Shown: positions 12,039 through 24,222, counted from the first letter of the stretch. The stretch is 64,000 nt of DNA from Plasmodiophora brassicae (GCA_036867785.1 CP145417.1:124001-188000); one strand, 5' to 3'. Notes: generated from the letters alone by a model not told the origin. A program made the numbers and translations.

Positions 12039-14386
12039 TGATGATGATGATGCGTTGCGGAATGCGCAATGGCCAAGTCCGTGGAGCGAGCAGCCTCTCC
12101 GAGAACACGCGCGTTGTACGTGGCTCGCAAACTGACGGGACTATGGACGACGTGGAGCCGGGTCTGGTCCCGGAATATTCACGCAACCCTGGATGATTTA
12201 CATGGCGCTCGGACGCTCCAGGACCGGCCTCATTCGCTCATCGTGCGGTGCGCAGCACCGAGGTCGACGCGCACGCGCAGATGTCCCGTCGGGCTAGCTC
12301 CAACAACATGTCGCTGCGATACGCCGACAATATCAGGGTCGGCTCATTTCATGGCCGTCCGACATGCCGTTGTCTTCGACATCACACGGCAGGTCGTCCC
12401 TGACGACGCGCCTGCCTGCACCTGGGTCGACTTCGCCGCCGACCAGTGACATTCCCCAACAGACCCAATACGATCTCAACACGTCCTGCTGGACGCTTGA
12501 CTTCGCGCGCGTCATCGAACTCATTAGCCGCATGTAACACGTCGCGTCAAGCACGTCTGGGAGGATGCCCTGCACCTCGCCGCCGGGTACGAATCGTCGC
12601 CTCAGGCACTGACCCAGGCCGTCTAACTCGTACTGCTGGACAGGGTACGCCTGCTGTCGCCTGCCATCTCCCGTCCAGCATCAGCCGCAGCGGGGCAGCG
12701 GCGTCCTGCGGGCCTGGCCGGGTCCAGCACCGCGCACGAGCCCGAGAAGGCGGTCGACATCGTCACGATCGCGCACGGCGCCGAATGGAACTTCCTGTAC
12801 CAGGAGACGGACCTGTCGCCGCTCTGTGCGGTCGTCGACCCGGCGGCATCGGAGCTCGACCCGCGCGCCATCGGAGCTCGACCCGCGCGCCATGCACGCC
12901 GTCGTCGATGCGCTCGTTGCACACGGCGCCCGACTCGACTGGCCGCCGTCGTCACCGTCCCTGCAGGCGTCCCGATTCCACATTGCATTCGTCGCCGTAC
13001 GCGCCTGCGTTCGAACGTGACCGCCACACGTCTCTGAGAACACTGCCAGGCGTCCTATGGGATCCGCGACGTCGTCGAACTCGTCCTGGACCTGGGGTAC
13101 CCGGTCAACGCCACGTCGCCGGTCCCGGTGGACGACACGGCGCCGAACCTGTTCGCCACGCTGGCCCATGCGGCGGCCAGCTCCGGGTCCATCCAGTGCA
13201 TCGGTACGTGTCGACATCGCTGATGGTGGATCCCTCTGACCCGATCGCGGCACGGGCAGAGCTCCTGCTGCACCGGGGCGCCGACTTCACCGCCGCCGAC
13301 GGGTACGGCCGGACGCCATTGCACACGATGCTGTACACGGCGCCGGACGACTCGATCGGCGACGTCCTGCTGCAGTGCGGGAACGACGCGTTCCAGGTGG
13401 ACCACCTGGGGAACTCGGCGTTCGCCATGGCCGTTGCCGTCTGCCCCGACCTGGCGCGGTCCATGCTGACGGCGCGCAGCGTGTACCAGAAGCAGGCGGG
13501 GTCGGGGGCCATCTGGAAGCACGACTTCCGGCGCCTGTTCGTCGACGAGACGGCGCAGCCGCTCACGTTCCGCGTGTTTGGCGAAGCGACGTCCAGGACA
13601 GGCGCTGCTGTCCAGCCGGTGCCCTCGGCAAGCGCCGTCGTGACCCCTCCCGGGCAGCGCCTGTCCGCCCTGGCGCTGATCCTGCGCGCGTCACGACCAG
13701 AAGGACCTACTGTCGACGCCCATCGTCAAGTCGTACCTGCACGAGGGATGGTGCGTTGTCGCCCGCCGGATCTGGGTCACCGAGGTCGTCGAGTACACCG
13801 TCTTCGTGCTCAGCTTCCTCGCGCAGTGCCACACGTGGCCCACCGTTGCCGACCTGGCCGCCGGCGCCGCCCTCCAGTGGTACTCGTACGTCCTGTACTT
13901 CCTCAGTAAGGCGTCGTGGCCCGGCCCCCCGGCGATCCCATCGTGGCTGACGCGTCTGCACAGTCCTGCTCCTGTCGGTGCGATCGAACAGTAGGACGGC
14001 GCGCACCGTGCTGGTGTTGGGCCTGCGAACCTGGATCCGATCGATCTGGAACGTCGCCGCCCTGCTGCTGCAGTCGTCCCTGTCGTTCATCCTGATCGCC
14101 CAGCTGGTCGTCATCTGCGGCTGGGCGTCGGCCTGGACCGCCTATTGGGTGAACGCCACCGCCGACGTCGTGCAGGTCCTGTTCGGCGTCCGGTTCCTGC
14201 GGTTCGCCTGCGTCCCGAAGATGACGGGCGCGCTGGTCGCCATGGTCGTCATCATGTTGGACGACGTCGCCCGGTTCTTCGCCTTCTTCCTGGCGTTCTA
14301 CGTGCCGTTCACGAACGCCTACTACCTGCTCTTCCGGGAGAACGTTACCATCGAGTATCACAACGTGGCCATGCTGCTCTTCCGAT

Positions 14387-17300
14387 TGTGCCGGCTCCAA
14401 GCTATAAGACAAGAATAGCTGTGATCCGGCTAGGCCGCCCTAAGAATGACGGACATGCACGGAGTCCGCACGGCGTCCGTGGGAGCTGCAGGTCGGGGAC
14501 ACAGACGATTATACTACACGGCTGATATACCATCACCGTTGGGACGTCACAGAGATCTCTTGAACATCCTTTCGGGGAAGGTTTCAAAGAAGGACGCGAT
14601 GGTGGCCACCGCGCAGGAGATGCTGCTGGAAGATGACGTCGATGATCGACAACAAGGACAGAGCGTGCAAGGCTCAACGATCGTCCTGCAGATGAACAAG
14701 GCGCCGACCTTGAAAAGCATGGACCGCAAGGCCGTCACGACGTTCATGGCCGAGCTGAAGACGTATCGGAATCACTTCCGGGACGATCCGAACGCCAAGG
14801 GCCAGATCCCGCGGTCAGTGAGGAGTATGATCGACCCCGGTCTGCTCAGGGCGATCTGCAAGTGGGAACTCGGCAAGGACGCCGAGGGGGTGACGGAGAG
14901 CGACCTGATGGACTGGATGAAGAGGCATCTGGAGCAGGATCGCTCGACGGACGCGAACATCGACCGGGAGATGCGGAAGCTGGCGATGAAGCTGACCATC
15001 ACCACACCAGCGGCAAGGGTCGTGAACCTCGTGCAGCAGTACGAGGAATTGGTCGCGCGCAACGGGTGGCAGGACCTCTTCACGTCCCGCGAGGGACGGA
15101 AGAACCTGGTCAAGTACCTACTGGGTGCTGTGCGCCCATCCGGTTTACAAGCGCTCATGCGGACCCTCGTCATGAAGCGCCAGACCGATCTCCAGAAGGA
15201 CCCTTTGGAATTCTATCGGGTGCTGAAGGAACGGGCTGCATCGTATGAGGAGACGATGTTGTACATGGAGCCGGGACGTGAGGATGGCAAGGGGAAGGGA
15301 AAGGTCAAACCCACCCCGAAGAAGCGAGGGGCGCAGACGGATGAAGGAGGCGGTGGAGGCCGGGACACGAAACGACACCGGAAGGACCTGCGATGTTTCA
15401 ACTGTGACGAGGTTGGACATCCAGCGTTTCGTTGCCCGAAGAAGCCTACCAAGAAGCAGGTCGCAGACCTGCTGAAGGATCGCCGCAAGGGGCCAACGGG
15501 AAGGGATGGACCCCGTAAGGCCAAATCTGATAAAGATGACGACTTGTCAGAGTACCCATGGCTTCCAGTGGTAGGAAGAGTGTCGGAGGGGGCGCAGAGG
15601 ACAGGGGACCAAGTACTCGTTCGTGTAAACGGACATGAGGAAGACTACGTTGGGGTTCTGGACAGTGGAGCGACATCGGTTGACGTTCTGATGCCATTGA
15701 CCATAGCGCGCGAGCTAATGGAGCGGGACCCATTGTTAACAATGGAGAACCTCCAGAAGCCGGAAACGTTCTGTCTGGTAGACAGAGAAACGAAGCACAC
15801 AGCCTACCATGTGATGATACTGGATCTGGGACTGACGACGACGGCAGGCGAACTGATCACTCGCCGGCGCCGATGCCTTGTATGGGACATTCCTGAAAAG
15901 GAAATAATCCTAGGGGAGAGGCTGTTGGACGACTTGGGTATCCACCCAAAGAAGGCCCTGGACGTACTCATTAAGAGCACGCCGAAGAAGGGGAATGACG
16001 TCATGGATGAAGTGCACAATATGGCAAACGAGATGCCACCTCTCTGGGAAGGGGAGGAAGAGGAAACAGAGGATGTGAGGATCGGAACCGATTCCACAGA
16101 CTCCCTGGAAAGGGAGATGGACGGGATGGTCGAGCGCGCATTGAGGAATGGCCTACCGCAAGCGATGGGGAAATCGCTTCGGAAACTCGTCAGAAGATAT
16201 AGGGACGTTTGGCGTATGAGCATTGGACCTGATGGTCCAGCCAGGGTTACACCATTTGTCACGGAGCTGAAACCGGATGCGGAACCTTACAGGTGCCGAG
16301 CCAGAAAGTACAGTATGGAGGACAGTGCTTTCATGGAGGAATTCGTCGCCCAATTGAAGAAGTATGGCCTAGTCGTTGAAAACTACAACGCGAAGTGGGC
16401 TTCACCGGTGGTGGTGGTGACGAAGCCAGGGGGCGGAAAGCGGTTCTGTGTTGATCTCAGAGCTGTTAATGCCAAATGTGTCGCCGTGGCGTGGCCTATG
16501 CCACATCAGGAGGCGATACTCAGGAACCTGGCAGGCTCGAGGTTCTGGTTTAAGCTAGACGCGTTCAAAGGCTTCTGGATGATGCCGCTGGATGAAGCGT
16601 GTCAGGAGATCTTCTCCTTCATGACAGATAAGGGGGTGTATAAGCCAACGAGGTCGATGCAGGGGGGAATGAACTCCGCCCCTCAGTATCAAGGGAGGAT
16701 GTTTGAGGTGTTCGGGGAACTTATGTTCCACAAACTAATCATATGGATCGATGATCTAATGGGGCATGCCCAAAGGGAGGATGATTGGTTCCGAACGTTG
16801 GAACGGACTCTGATGCTAGCCGAACGGCACAGCATCAAGTTCAACGTGGAGAAGTGTGAGCTCTTCACAACAGAGGTTCGGTTCTGTGGAAGGATATTCA
16901 CGCCAGAAGGGGTAAGGCACGATCCTGCTAGGATTGAGGCTTTAATGGCGATACCACAGCCGAGGACGGCAAGGGACTTGCAACAATTCCTTATGGCAAC
17001 TCAGTGGATGAGTAGGTCCATCCCTGAGTACAACAGGAAGGTACACCTGTTACAGAGGATATACGAGGATGCAATGAAGGACCAACCTGGCAGGACGAAA
17101 GCCATTGCCAGGAGGGTGCGATTGTGCAAATATGGATGGTCACCCGAACATGCGCTGGCATTCGAGAAACTGAAGATGGCAGTGGCGGACACGGTCCAAC
17201 TAGCGTACCCGCGAAAGGACCGGATCCAATGCCTATTCTCAGATGCAAATGAGGTTAACAGCGCGGCGGTAGTCACACAGATTCCGCCTGAGGACTTGGG

Positions 17301-19629
17301 TAAACCAGTGCATGGGCAGCGACATGAACCGCTGGGTTTCGTCGGACACAAGTTCGCGGGCCCAGAGCGGAACTGGTCCACGGTGGAGAAGGAAGGGTTC
17401 GCGATCAAGGATGGGATTGACAAACTGGACTATCTCGTTACAACCAACGAGCAGTTTCGTTTGTTTACCGATCATAGGAATCTCGTGAGGATATTCTCAC
17501 CAACGGACGTGTCAAAGCCAACGGCGCAGAAACTGCAACGATGGGCACTGGACATACAGAGGGTCAACTACGTCATTGAACACATTGCGGGGGAGGACAA
17601 TGTGTGGTCGGATCTTATGACGCGGTGGGGTGCACCGGACGGTGGGCCTGATGACCAGCACCTAGAGGTACGCACGATCAGGAGGATAACGCTTCAAATT
17701 GAGGACGGATATCGGGTACGGCCGTTACAAAGGAAGGAATTCCAATGGCCGACCGTGGACGAAATCCGTAAGGCTCAGAGGAAATGGCTCAGAGGAACGA
17801 AACGACCGAAGAATGGTGATGATCTCTTCGTCACAGGGAAGGGACAGGTGATCATACCAGACGAATGCAACGAGCTGAAGCTGCAGCTATGCGCTATTGC
17901 TCATGCGGGCGGAAACAGTGGGCATCTAGGACTGAAGGCCTCGTTGAGGAAGTTGGGGGAGTTCTGCCATTGGGCACACTGCGATGAGGACATGAGGACG
18001 TTCTGCAACGCGTGTTTGAACTGTCTACCGACAAGGGGCGGGGTTAGGATTCCCAGGCCATTGGGAACAGCTGTTCATGGTGTTAGGCCGAATCAGGTGA
18101 TTCACTTGGATTGGCTATACATGATGGCGGCTCAGAAGGGCGGAAGACATGATCTGCAATGGAACCTGATAATCAGGGATGATCAGTCTGGCATGGTCAA
18201 GATTACTCCTGACCATACACCCAATGCGGAAACCACTGTAGAGGCACTGCTCGAATGGAGGGCTATCTTCGGAACGTTTGAGTTGATGGTGTCAGACATG
18301 GCGTCTTGCTTTCTGGCAAACGTTGTGAAGGAACTGGCGCGTCGATGTGGATTTGCTCATCACCCGACTGTTGCCTATGGGCATTACAGTAATGGATCAA
18401 TTGAGGTGATCAACAGGAACTACTTGCAACTAGTCAGAGCACTTCTGTCTGAATTGCAGTGGGACAAATACGATTGGCCATGGTTGAACCACAACATTGA
18501 ACACACGATCAATCACAGGTCGCAGGCGCGTACCAACGGGAATGCGCCAGTGACAGTGATGATGGGACGTCAACCAGACAACCCGCTGAAGCAAGTGTTC
18601 AAGAGGCCAGGGGATGAGAAGTATGGGGAAGCTACACTCTCAAAGGAGCATATTCAGGAGCTAGTCATGCAATTGCAGACGTCGCTGAATGAAATGCACA
18701 AGGGAGCAGTGCAGCAATCGAAGAAAATCCGAGCCGTACACAGGAAGAGGAGCGACGCGTACCGACGAGCAACTGCACCGAACTTTCAGATCGGTGACTA
18801 TGTACTCATCGGATTGCCTGAACCGGGTAAGGTTCCGGGCAAGAAGCTCTTTATGAAGTGGCGGGGCCTATATCAAATAACTGATAGCCACGAGAACTAC
18901 ACCTACGAGGTGAGGAATATGTTCAATGAGACGGACACTCGAACCGTTCACGGGGACCGCGTTCGCCTCTATGAACATGGCAAAGTGAATGCCACTGAGG
19001 AACTGAAGCGACAGATGGATTATGACAATGAGCGTTTCGCCATTGAAGTCTTCAAGGACTGCAGGCACAGTCCGGAGACAGGGGAATTGGAATTGTTGAT
19101 CGGATGGAAGGGTTTCTCTGAAGCGGAGGATTCATGGGAGCCAATCTGCAGGTTGGCGATGGATGTACCGAAGCTGGTGAAGGCACATGCCGCCAGGATG
19201 AGGAAGGAGAAACATCACCTTGCTGATGAGGTTAAGGAGTTACTTAAGGCGGAAGGAGTCCAGTAGGCTAGTCATGCTTTTTTCCCGGATGCGCGCTGGG
19301 TTATTTTAATGCCGACGGCCATGTGACGACAGAAGCCAAAACTGTGTTCTACGAAGATTGAGACTTAATTATGTTAATTAGACTATATTAAGGAGAAGAC
19401 ATGATTAGGATACACCACCACTGAAGACACCTGCAAGGAGGAGCATTTCGTTGAAGGAGGGGAATGTGCCGGCTCCAAGCTATAAGACAAGAATAGCTGT
19501 GATCCGGCTAGGCCGCCCTAAGAATGACGGACATGCACGGAGTCCGCACGGCGTCCGTGGGAGCTGCAGGTCGGGGACACAGACGATTATACTACACGGC
19601 TGATATACCATCACCGTTGGGACGTCACA
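14387..19629 (+). mobile_element. Full-length Ty3/gypsy chromodomain retrotransposon, family B
   Basis: Identical 165-bp TG..CA LTRs (14387-14551, 19465-19629), 4-bp TSD CGAT, PPT GAAGGAGGGGAA at 19453-19464. Confidence 0.97.
14599..19266 (+). CDS. Single gag-pol polyprotein of family B
   Basis: CCHC knuckle CFNCDEVGHPAFRC, protease LDSGA, RT WIDD, RNase H, HHCC/DDE integrase, chromodomain IGWKGFSEAEDSWEP. The ORF is open from 14446; first post-LTR ATG is 14599. Confidence 0.93.
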   Translation: MVATAQEMLLEDDVDDRQQGQSVQGSTIVLQMNKAPTLKSMDRKAVTTFMAELKTYRNHFRDDPNAKGQIPRSVRSMIDPGLLRAICKWELGKDAEGVTESDLMDWMKRHLEQDRSTDANIDREMRKLAMKLTITTPAARVVNLVQQYEELVARNGWQDLFTSREGRKNLVKYLLGAVRPSGLQALMRTLVMKRQTDLQKDPLEFYRVLKERAASYEETMLYMEPGREDGKGKGKVKPTPKKRGAQTDEGGGGGRDTKRHRKDLRCFNCDEVGHPAFRCPKKPTKKQVADLLKDRRKGPTGRDGPRKAKSDKDDDLSEYPWLPVVGRVSEGAQRTGDQVLVRVNGHEEDYVGVLDSGATSVDVLMPLTIARELMERDPLLTMENLQKPETFCLVDRETKHTAYHVMILDLGLTTTAGELITRRRRCLVWDIPEKEIILGERLLDDLGIHPKKALDVLIKSTPKKGNDVMDEVHNMANEMPPLWEGEEEETEDVRIGTDSTDSLEREMDGMVERALRNGLPQAMGKSLRKLVRRYRDVWRMSIGPDGPARVTPFVTELKPDAEPYRCRARKYSMEDSAFMEEFVAQLKKYGLVVENYNAKWASPVVVVTKPGGGKRFCVDLRAVNAKCVAVAWPMPHQEAILRNLAGSRFWFKLDAFKGFWMMPLDEACQEIFSFMTDKGVYKPTRSMQGGMNSAPQYQGRMFEVFGELMFHKLIIWIDDLMGHAQREDDWFRTLERTLMLAERHSIKFNVEKCELFTTEVRFCGRIFTPEGVRHDPARIEALMAIPQPRTARDLQQFLMATQWMSRSIPEYNRKVHLLQRIYEDAMKDQPGRTKAIARRVRLCKYGWSPEHALAFEKLKMAVADTVQLAYPRKDRIQCLFSDANEVNSAAVVTQIPPEDLGKPVHGQRHEPLGFVGHKFAGPERNWSTVEKEGFAIKDGIDKLDYLVTTNEQFRLFTDHRNLVRIFSPTDVSKPTAQKLQRWALDIQRVNYVIEHIAGEDNVWSDLMTRWGAPDGGPDDQHLEVRTIRRITLQIEDGYRVRPLQRKEFQWPTVDEIRKAQRKWLRGTKRPKNGDDLFVTGKGQVIIPDECNELKLQLCAIAHAGGNSGHLGLKASLRKLGEFCHWAHCDEDMRTFCNACLNCLPTRGGVRIPRPLGTAVHGVRPNQVIHLDWLYMMAAQKGGRHDLQWNLIIRDDQSGMVKITPDHTPNAETTVEALLEWRAIFGTFELMVSDMASCFLANVVKELARRCGFAHHPTVAYGHYSNGSIEVINRNYLQLVRALLSELQWDKYDWPWLNHNIEHTINHRSQARTNGNAPVTVMMGRQPDNPLKQVFKRPGDEKYGEATLSKEHIQELVMQLQTSLNEMHKGAVQQSKKIRAVHRKRSDAYRRATAPNFQIGDYVLIGLPEPGKVPGKKLFMKWRGLYQITDSHENYTYEVRNMFNETDTRTVHGDRVRLYEHGKVNATEELKRQMDYDNERFAIEVFKDCRHSPETGELELLIGWKGFSEAEDSWEPICRLAMDVPKLVKAHAARMRKEKHHLADEVKELLKAEGVQ

Positions 19630-20043
19630 CGATGGATATTTGGAGGTCGGGCGTCAACGCTGCGCTGTGGGTATCGTTGACGCTCATTGCGTCTACGTAG
19701 GCGCCGATTACTCCATATTCAAGGACAACCTAGCGCCCGGCAATGTCGACATGGCGCAGTCCATGTTCATCCTGTACCTGGTCACCGTTGTCATCGTCCT
19801 GATCAATATCCTGGTCGGTGCCGGTCGGCCGTGCGTGCCTGTTGCGCCGCTGACCGACCTCGATGGCGCAGGCCGCTCTGCTGACCAACACGTTCAACCC
19901 GGTCGTCGAGTCGTCCGACCTCGAGTACATGAAGGCGTTCGCTAGTGCGTTCCTGGAGCTGTCCTGCCTCGCGCCGCGAACATCGATCGACCTGTTCCAT
20001 CGGCACCTGCTGGACAGCAACCTGAAGCCGATCTTCGCCGACA

Positions 20044-20561
20044 CCAGGTTGGTCAAGCAAGCAGTCGTGGAACCGCAAGGTCCACAGTTCGAGGCACGAA
20101 CTCTCCATGGAAATTCGTGGAGCGAGCAGTCGTGGAACCGCAAGGTCCACAGTTCGAGGCACGAACTCTCCAAAAAATGTCCGGTACCCAACAGCCGCGA
20201 GTGTTGAAGGGGTGACCTACTGATCAGGCAGCCCAAAGTGCCAGAGCAATAAGGGTCTCGATTGAGCGTCTGGGGAGGTAAACGAGCGGCCCGCAACTCA
20301 AGGTATGTCGGCATCCCGGATCCCGGCATAGACGGTATGGCGACGAAGTTCGACAACGTGCAGTTGACAAGTCCGAGCGAATCACGTCCCGTTCCGATAT
20401 CGTCCAGGCGCGAAGAACCCAGTACAAAGATGATGGGCCGGCACTGCCAGGCCGGGGGACGTTGGCGTTCTGCTGGCTGAACCTTCGGTCCTCGGACATG
20501 AGACCGAGTCGCCTGCGTGAAAAGCGCGAAGCACAAATAAACTAAACTAACTAAACTAACT
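20044..20561 (+). mobile_element. SINE copy, 5'-clipped, two head units
   Basis: Same body and AAACT tail as 6381-7020. Confidence 0.8.
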
Positions 20562-20761
20562 CGGACGTTTTGGCGTGCCTCACAGTGCACAAAGCAGAGA
20601 GTCTGTACCGTCACACGATCTATCCACGCCCACAAGGGGCCATTGTTCCGCGTGACATGCGACCGGACGGGAAGACGGATTGTTGTATCGAACTGAAAAG
20701 CCCGAGAGAGTGGCGGCCTGACGATGACGACAAGCGATGATGTGCGGGTGACCGAGGAGAA

Positions 20762-23086
20762 TCATCGCCGGGCAATGAAGCCATTGTCCGCAGCATTCTG
20801 CTGGAACTCATTGTGCAAGTCGACCAGGAATTCGTGGACGCTCGGCGATACGATGCGTTGGGCGGGCTCCGGTGCCGACATGTTGTGCGCTATCATCTCC
20901 AGGTGGCAAAGAACGTCGTCGAACTTGTGGGGAACGTCAGGGCGCCTCCACACCTCGTCCTGAGCACAGGACAGGAAATACGCCGCTGTACGACCCAGGC
21001 TCCACATGTCGGAGGCCGCCGAATAGACGCCGGCGTCCAGCGCTTCCGGCGCGATGTACCCTTGGGTACCGGCACCGGGTCGCATCTCCACGCCCGTCTG
21101 CGGGTCGTCCACACGGCACGCCAGATCGAAATCGGTCACCCGCCAACCTTGCACGGCGACGCTGTACATGATGTTGTTCGGGTTAATGTCGCGGTGGACA
21201 ATGCCGGCGCGAGATAACGTGCCGAGTGCGGCCAAGCCGTCGATAAAGAAGCGCACAAGCACCAAGCCAATGTCGTTAACTGACAACTGCCCGAAATCGA
21301 CGTCGTCGAGGCGCTCTTCAACAAGAACAACGCCGCCGCCGTTGCTGCGCGGCAAGGCGATGGACCCGAACAGGCGTGCGACGCCGTCGCCCTGCGAGTC
21401 CCGCATGAGCGCGGGCTCTTCGGCGGCGCTGCCCATCTTCTGTTTGACGGCGAGGTCATCGACGAGCGCGACAGACGCAGCTTGGCGAGTACGACCTGGT
21501 CCGTCGGAGCGTCCGCGTTTGCGCGGTGGACGACCAGAAGAACTCGTGCGCGGACTCCCTGATTTTTTCGCCGGCGTCCGCTGCGAATGCGGCCGCTTCG
21601 CCGTGGATGGCCGCGATGACGGTGGGGGGCCAAACGATGTCGGGTACGGAAACACGTCCTCGACGTCGCCATGCGACAGCATCGCGTGGTAGACACTGGC
21701 CTGACGACGCACGGCGTCGCAAAAGGAGGACAATGAGCGGAGCCGGTTCAGGACGTCGGCTTGTTGCGGCGCCGGATCAGGAGGGGGTCTTGTGCGAGCG
21801 ACTGCAGCGGCGGCCGATGCGACGCGATGCGCCAAATCCGTGAGGAACGCCTCATTGTCGCGGTCCAACGACTGCGGCGCCTCAATGTCGCTGTAGACAC
21901 CCTGGAGCTGCACTGCTTCATGCGAAGGCGTCCGTACGAAGGATCGCCAGGTCGGGTCGCAGCGAGCAACGAACGACACACGGCCCGCATCGTGGTCGTT
22001 ATCAAAAATCGGAATCATGACAACTGGCTGGAATTGAAACGCGCCGACAAGCAACCCGAACTGGCGCAAGCCGCTCCGTTCGCCGACAGGACGACGTCGA
22101 ACAGAACCGATGCGTGCAAGCAGCGTCACCGCCATCATGACGAGCAATTTGCGGAAATCCTTATGATCTTCTTCGTTCCCGACGGCGTGCGCCGATACTT
22201 CGACCAGAAGCAGAGGCAGCTGCCGTGCTCTGGCGACACGATCCTCATCGTTGTTATCCGGAGCCAGCATGCACGCGTAGTCAGCGAACTGTGGGGAGTA
22301 CCCCTCAATCACGCCGGCCATAGACAGCTCCAGCACCGACGTCAACAGCGGTTTGGTCAGCGGTCGCAGCAATGCGTTAAGGAGCCGGTCCCATAAGCGG
22401 CAGTGGAACTGCAGCTCTTGGCGCTCGCCGCTCAGGGTTGATTGCTGAAACTCGACGACGACACCGATGGCGACCTCCCGACAGTACCGGACGTACTGAT
22501 TCTTGATGATATCCCCACCGTTGTTGACGTCGAGCGACCGCTTGACCATGCGCGATGGGAACCAGTCTTCTTCTGGCAGCAACGCCATCATTGTGTCGCC
22601 GTCTCCTGAGACCTCGTTCTGCCAGACGATGCTCCCATACGCGTCACGGTTGAAGTTGGGAACCAGCTGCTGCAGCGCATAGTCTGAGACGACGCCAAAT
22701 TGCGACAGGGAATATGCCCGAGACAGGGACGCCAACGGGAACTTATTGCGCTGCATGGACGGCCTCAACTTGTTATACTCGTGGGCGGCGGTGTCGGACG
22801 CAGCGGCTGCCAGATCACCACGACGGTACTGCGGTGGCAAGGCAGGTATATCGGCAGCGGCCCGCAGTCGGTCGTTGTACATCTGAATTAGCATGTTGGC
22901 GTGCTGTTCGGACCGCCGATCAGCGGGCAAAACCGCCATCGCTGGAAGATACAGCCAAGTTTGGTCCATGTCGACGCGTTGGCATTCACGACCGAAGGCG
23001 ACGACCCGCATTAGTTCATCGATACACTCGTTGAGCCATGATGACGAGGAGGGCGACAGCGGTGCCGACGACGACGATGACGCCAT
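20762..23086 (-). CDS. 774-aa intronless REase-like + protein kinase (Crinkler/CR-effector-like architecture), copy 2
   Basis: Kinase LAVK, HRDINPNN, DFDLA, GTQGYIAPE, DMWSLG; upstream ADY...LLVEVS...HKDFRKL; basic PPRKRGR. Confidence 0.85.
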   Translation of the reverse strand: MASSSSSAPLSPSSSSWLNECIDELMRVVAFGRECQRVDMDQTWLYLPAMAVLPADRRSEQHANMLIQMYNDRLRAAADIPALPPQYRRGDLAAAASDTAAHEYNKLRPSMQRNKFPLASLSRAYSLSQFGVVSDYALQQLVPNFNRDAYGSIVWQNEVSGDGDTMMALLPEEDWFPSRMVKRSLDVNNGGDIIKNQYVRYCREVAIGVVVEFQQSTLSGERQELQFHCRLWDRLLNALLRPLTKPLLTSVLELSMAGVIEGYSPQFADYACMLAPDNNDEDRVARARQLPLLLVEVSAHAVGNEEDHKDFRKLLVMMAVTLLARIGSVRRRPVGERSGLRQFGLLVGAFQFQPVVMIPIFDNDHDAGRVSFVARCDPTWRSFVRTPSHEAVQLQGVYSDIEAPQSLDRDNEAFLTDLAHRVASAAAAVARTRPPPDPAPQQADVLNRLRSLSSFCDAVRRQASVYHAMLSHGDVEDVFPYPTSFGPPPSSRPSTAKRPHSQRTPAKKSGSPRTSSSGRPPRKRGRSDGPGRTRQAASVALVDDLAVKQKMGSAAEEPALMRDSQGDGVARLFGSIALPRSNGGGVVLVEERLDDVDFGQLSVNDIGLVLVRFFIDGLAALGTLSRAGIVHRDINPNNIMYSVAVQGWRVTDFDLACRVDDPQTGVEMRPGAGTQGYIAPEALDAGVYSAASDMWSLGRTAAYFLSCAQDEVWRRPDVPHKFDDVLCHLEMIAHNMSAPEPAQRIVSPSVHEFLVDLHNEFQQNAADNGFIARR

Positions 23087-24019
23087 TGATGATGATGATG
23101 CGTTGCGGAATGCGCAATGGCCAAGTCCGTGGAGCGAGCAGCGTCTCCGAGAACACGCGCGTTGTACGTGGCTCGCAAACTGACGGGACTATGGAAGACG
23201 TGGAGTCGGGTCTGGTCCCGAAATCACGCAACCCTGGATGACCTTACATGTCGCTCGGACGCTCCAGGAGCGGCCTCATTCGCTCCTCGTGCGTGCGCAG
23301 CACAGCGACCACCGAGGGCGACGCGCACGCGCAGAGTGTCCCGTCGTGCTGGCTCCAACAACATGTCGCTGCGATACGCCGACAATACCAGGGTCGGCTC
23401 ATTTCATGGCCGCCCGACATGCCGTTGTCTTCGACATCACACGGCAGGTCGTCCCTGACGACACCCCTGCCTGCACCTGGGTCGACGTCGCCGCCGACCA
23501 GTGACATTCCCCCAACAGACCCAATACGATCTCAACACGTCCTGCTGGACGCTTGACTTCGCGCGCGTCATCGAACTCATTAGCCGCATGTAACACGTCG
23601 CGTCAAGCACGGCTGGGGGGATGCCCTGCACCTCGCCGCCGGGTACGAATCGTCGCCTCAGGCACTGACCCAGGCCGTGTAACTCGTGCTGGACAGGGTA
23701 CGCCTGCTGTCGCCTGCCATCTCCCGTCCAGCATCAGCCGCAGCGGGGCAGCGGCGTCCTGCCTTGCCTGGCCGGGTCCAGCACCGCGCTGGCCTGATCC
23801 TCAGCGGAGGTGGCGACCTGGCCACCCGCTGGTCGCTGCGATCGGTTTGGTGCGCCCTGACCTGCACCATGCATCGATGTGTGTGCCGAACCACCAAGAG
23901 CGCCACTGAGGTCGCCGTCCGTCCGCCTGGCGAGCGTCGCTTGCCTGTCCTGCAGATCGTCCCGCAGACCAGCGGTGCCCAGCGCCTGTTGCCGCCGGTC
24001 GACATGCGAACGCGTGCCT

Positions 24020-24222
24020 ATGATGAACTTGACGGCGACCCGGTCACCGTTGCGCTTGTCGAACGCCGAGAAGACGATCCCGTAGGAGCCGTATCCGAGG
24101 ATCTCGATGGGCGGCCTGTACCAGGTGCGCACAACGATGTCCCGCTTCGTTGTCACCTGCCTGCTGGCGTCTCGCTCCCACTTCTCGAGTACCACCTGGT
24201 CAGGCGGCGACCGGAGCGCCAT
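24020..24222 (-). pseudogene. MAPK-like 5' fragment cut by a duplication breakpoint
   Basis: Ends after VAVKFII at the junction 24019/24020 with kinase-module flank sequence. Confidence 0.75.

Larger units (their letters stand above)
12736..20043 (+). pseudogene. Ankyrin-TRP channel copy 2, multiply disabled
   Basis: 5' truncation at 12736, 22-bp duplication near 12850-12890, 4-bp insertion near 13684, retroelement insertion 14387-19629, 3' deletion into the SINE at 20043. Confidence 0.92.

Noticed and set aside
14446-14598. N-terminal extension of the family B polyprotein
   Set aside because: That ATG lies inside the LTR; 14599 is the more plausible start.
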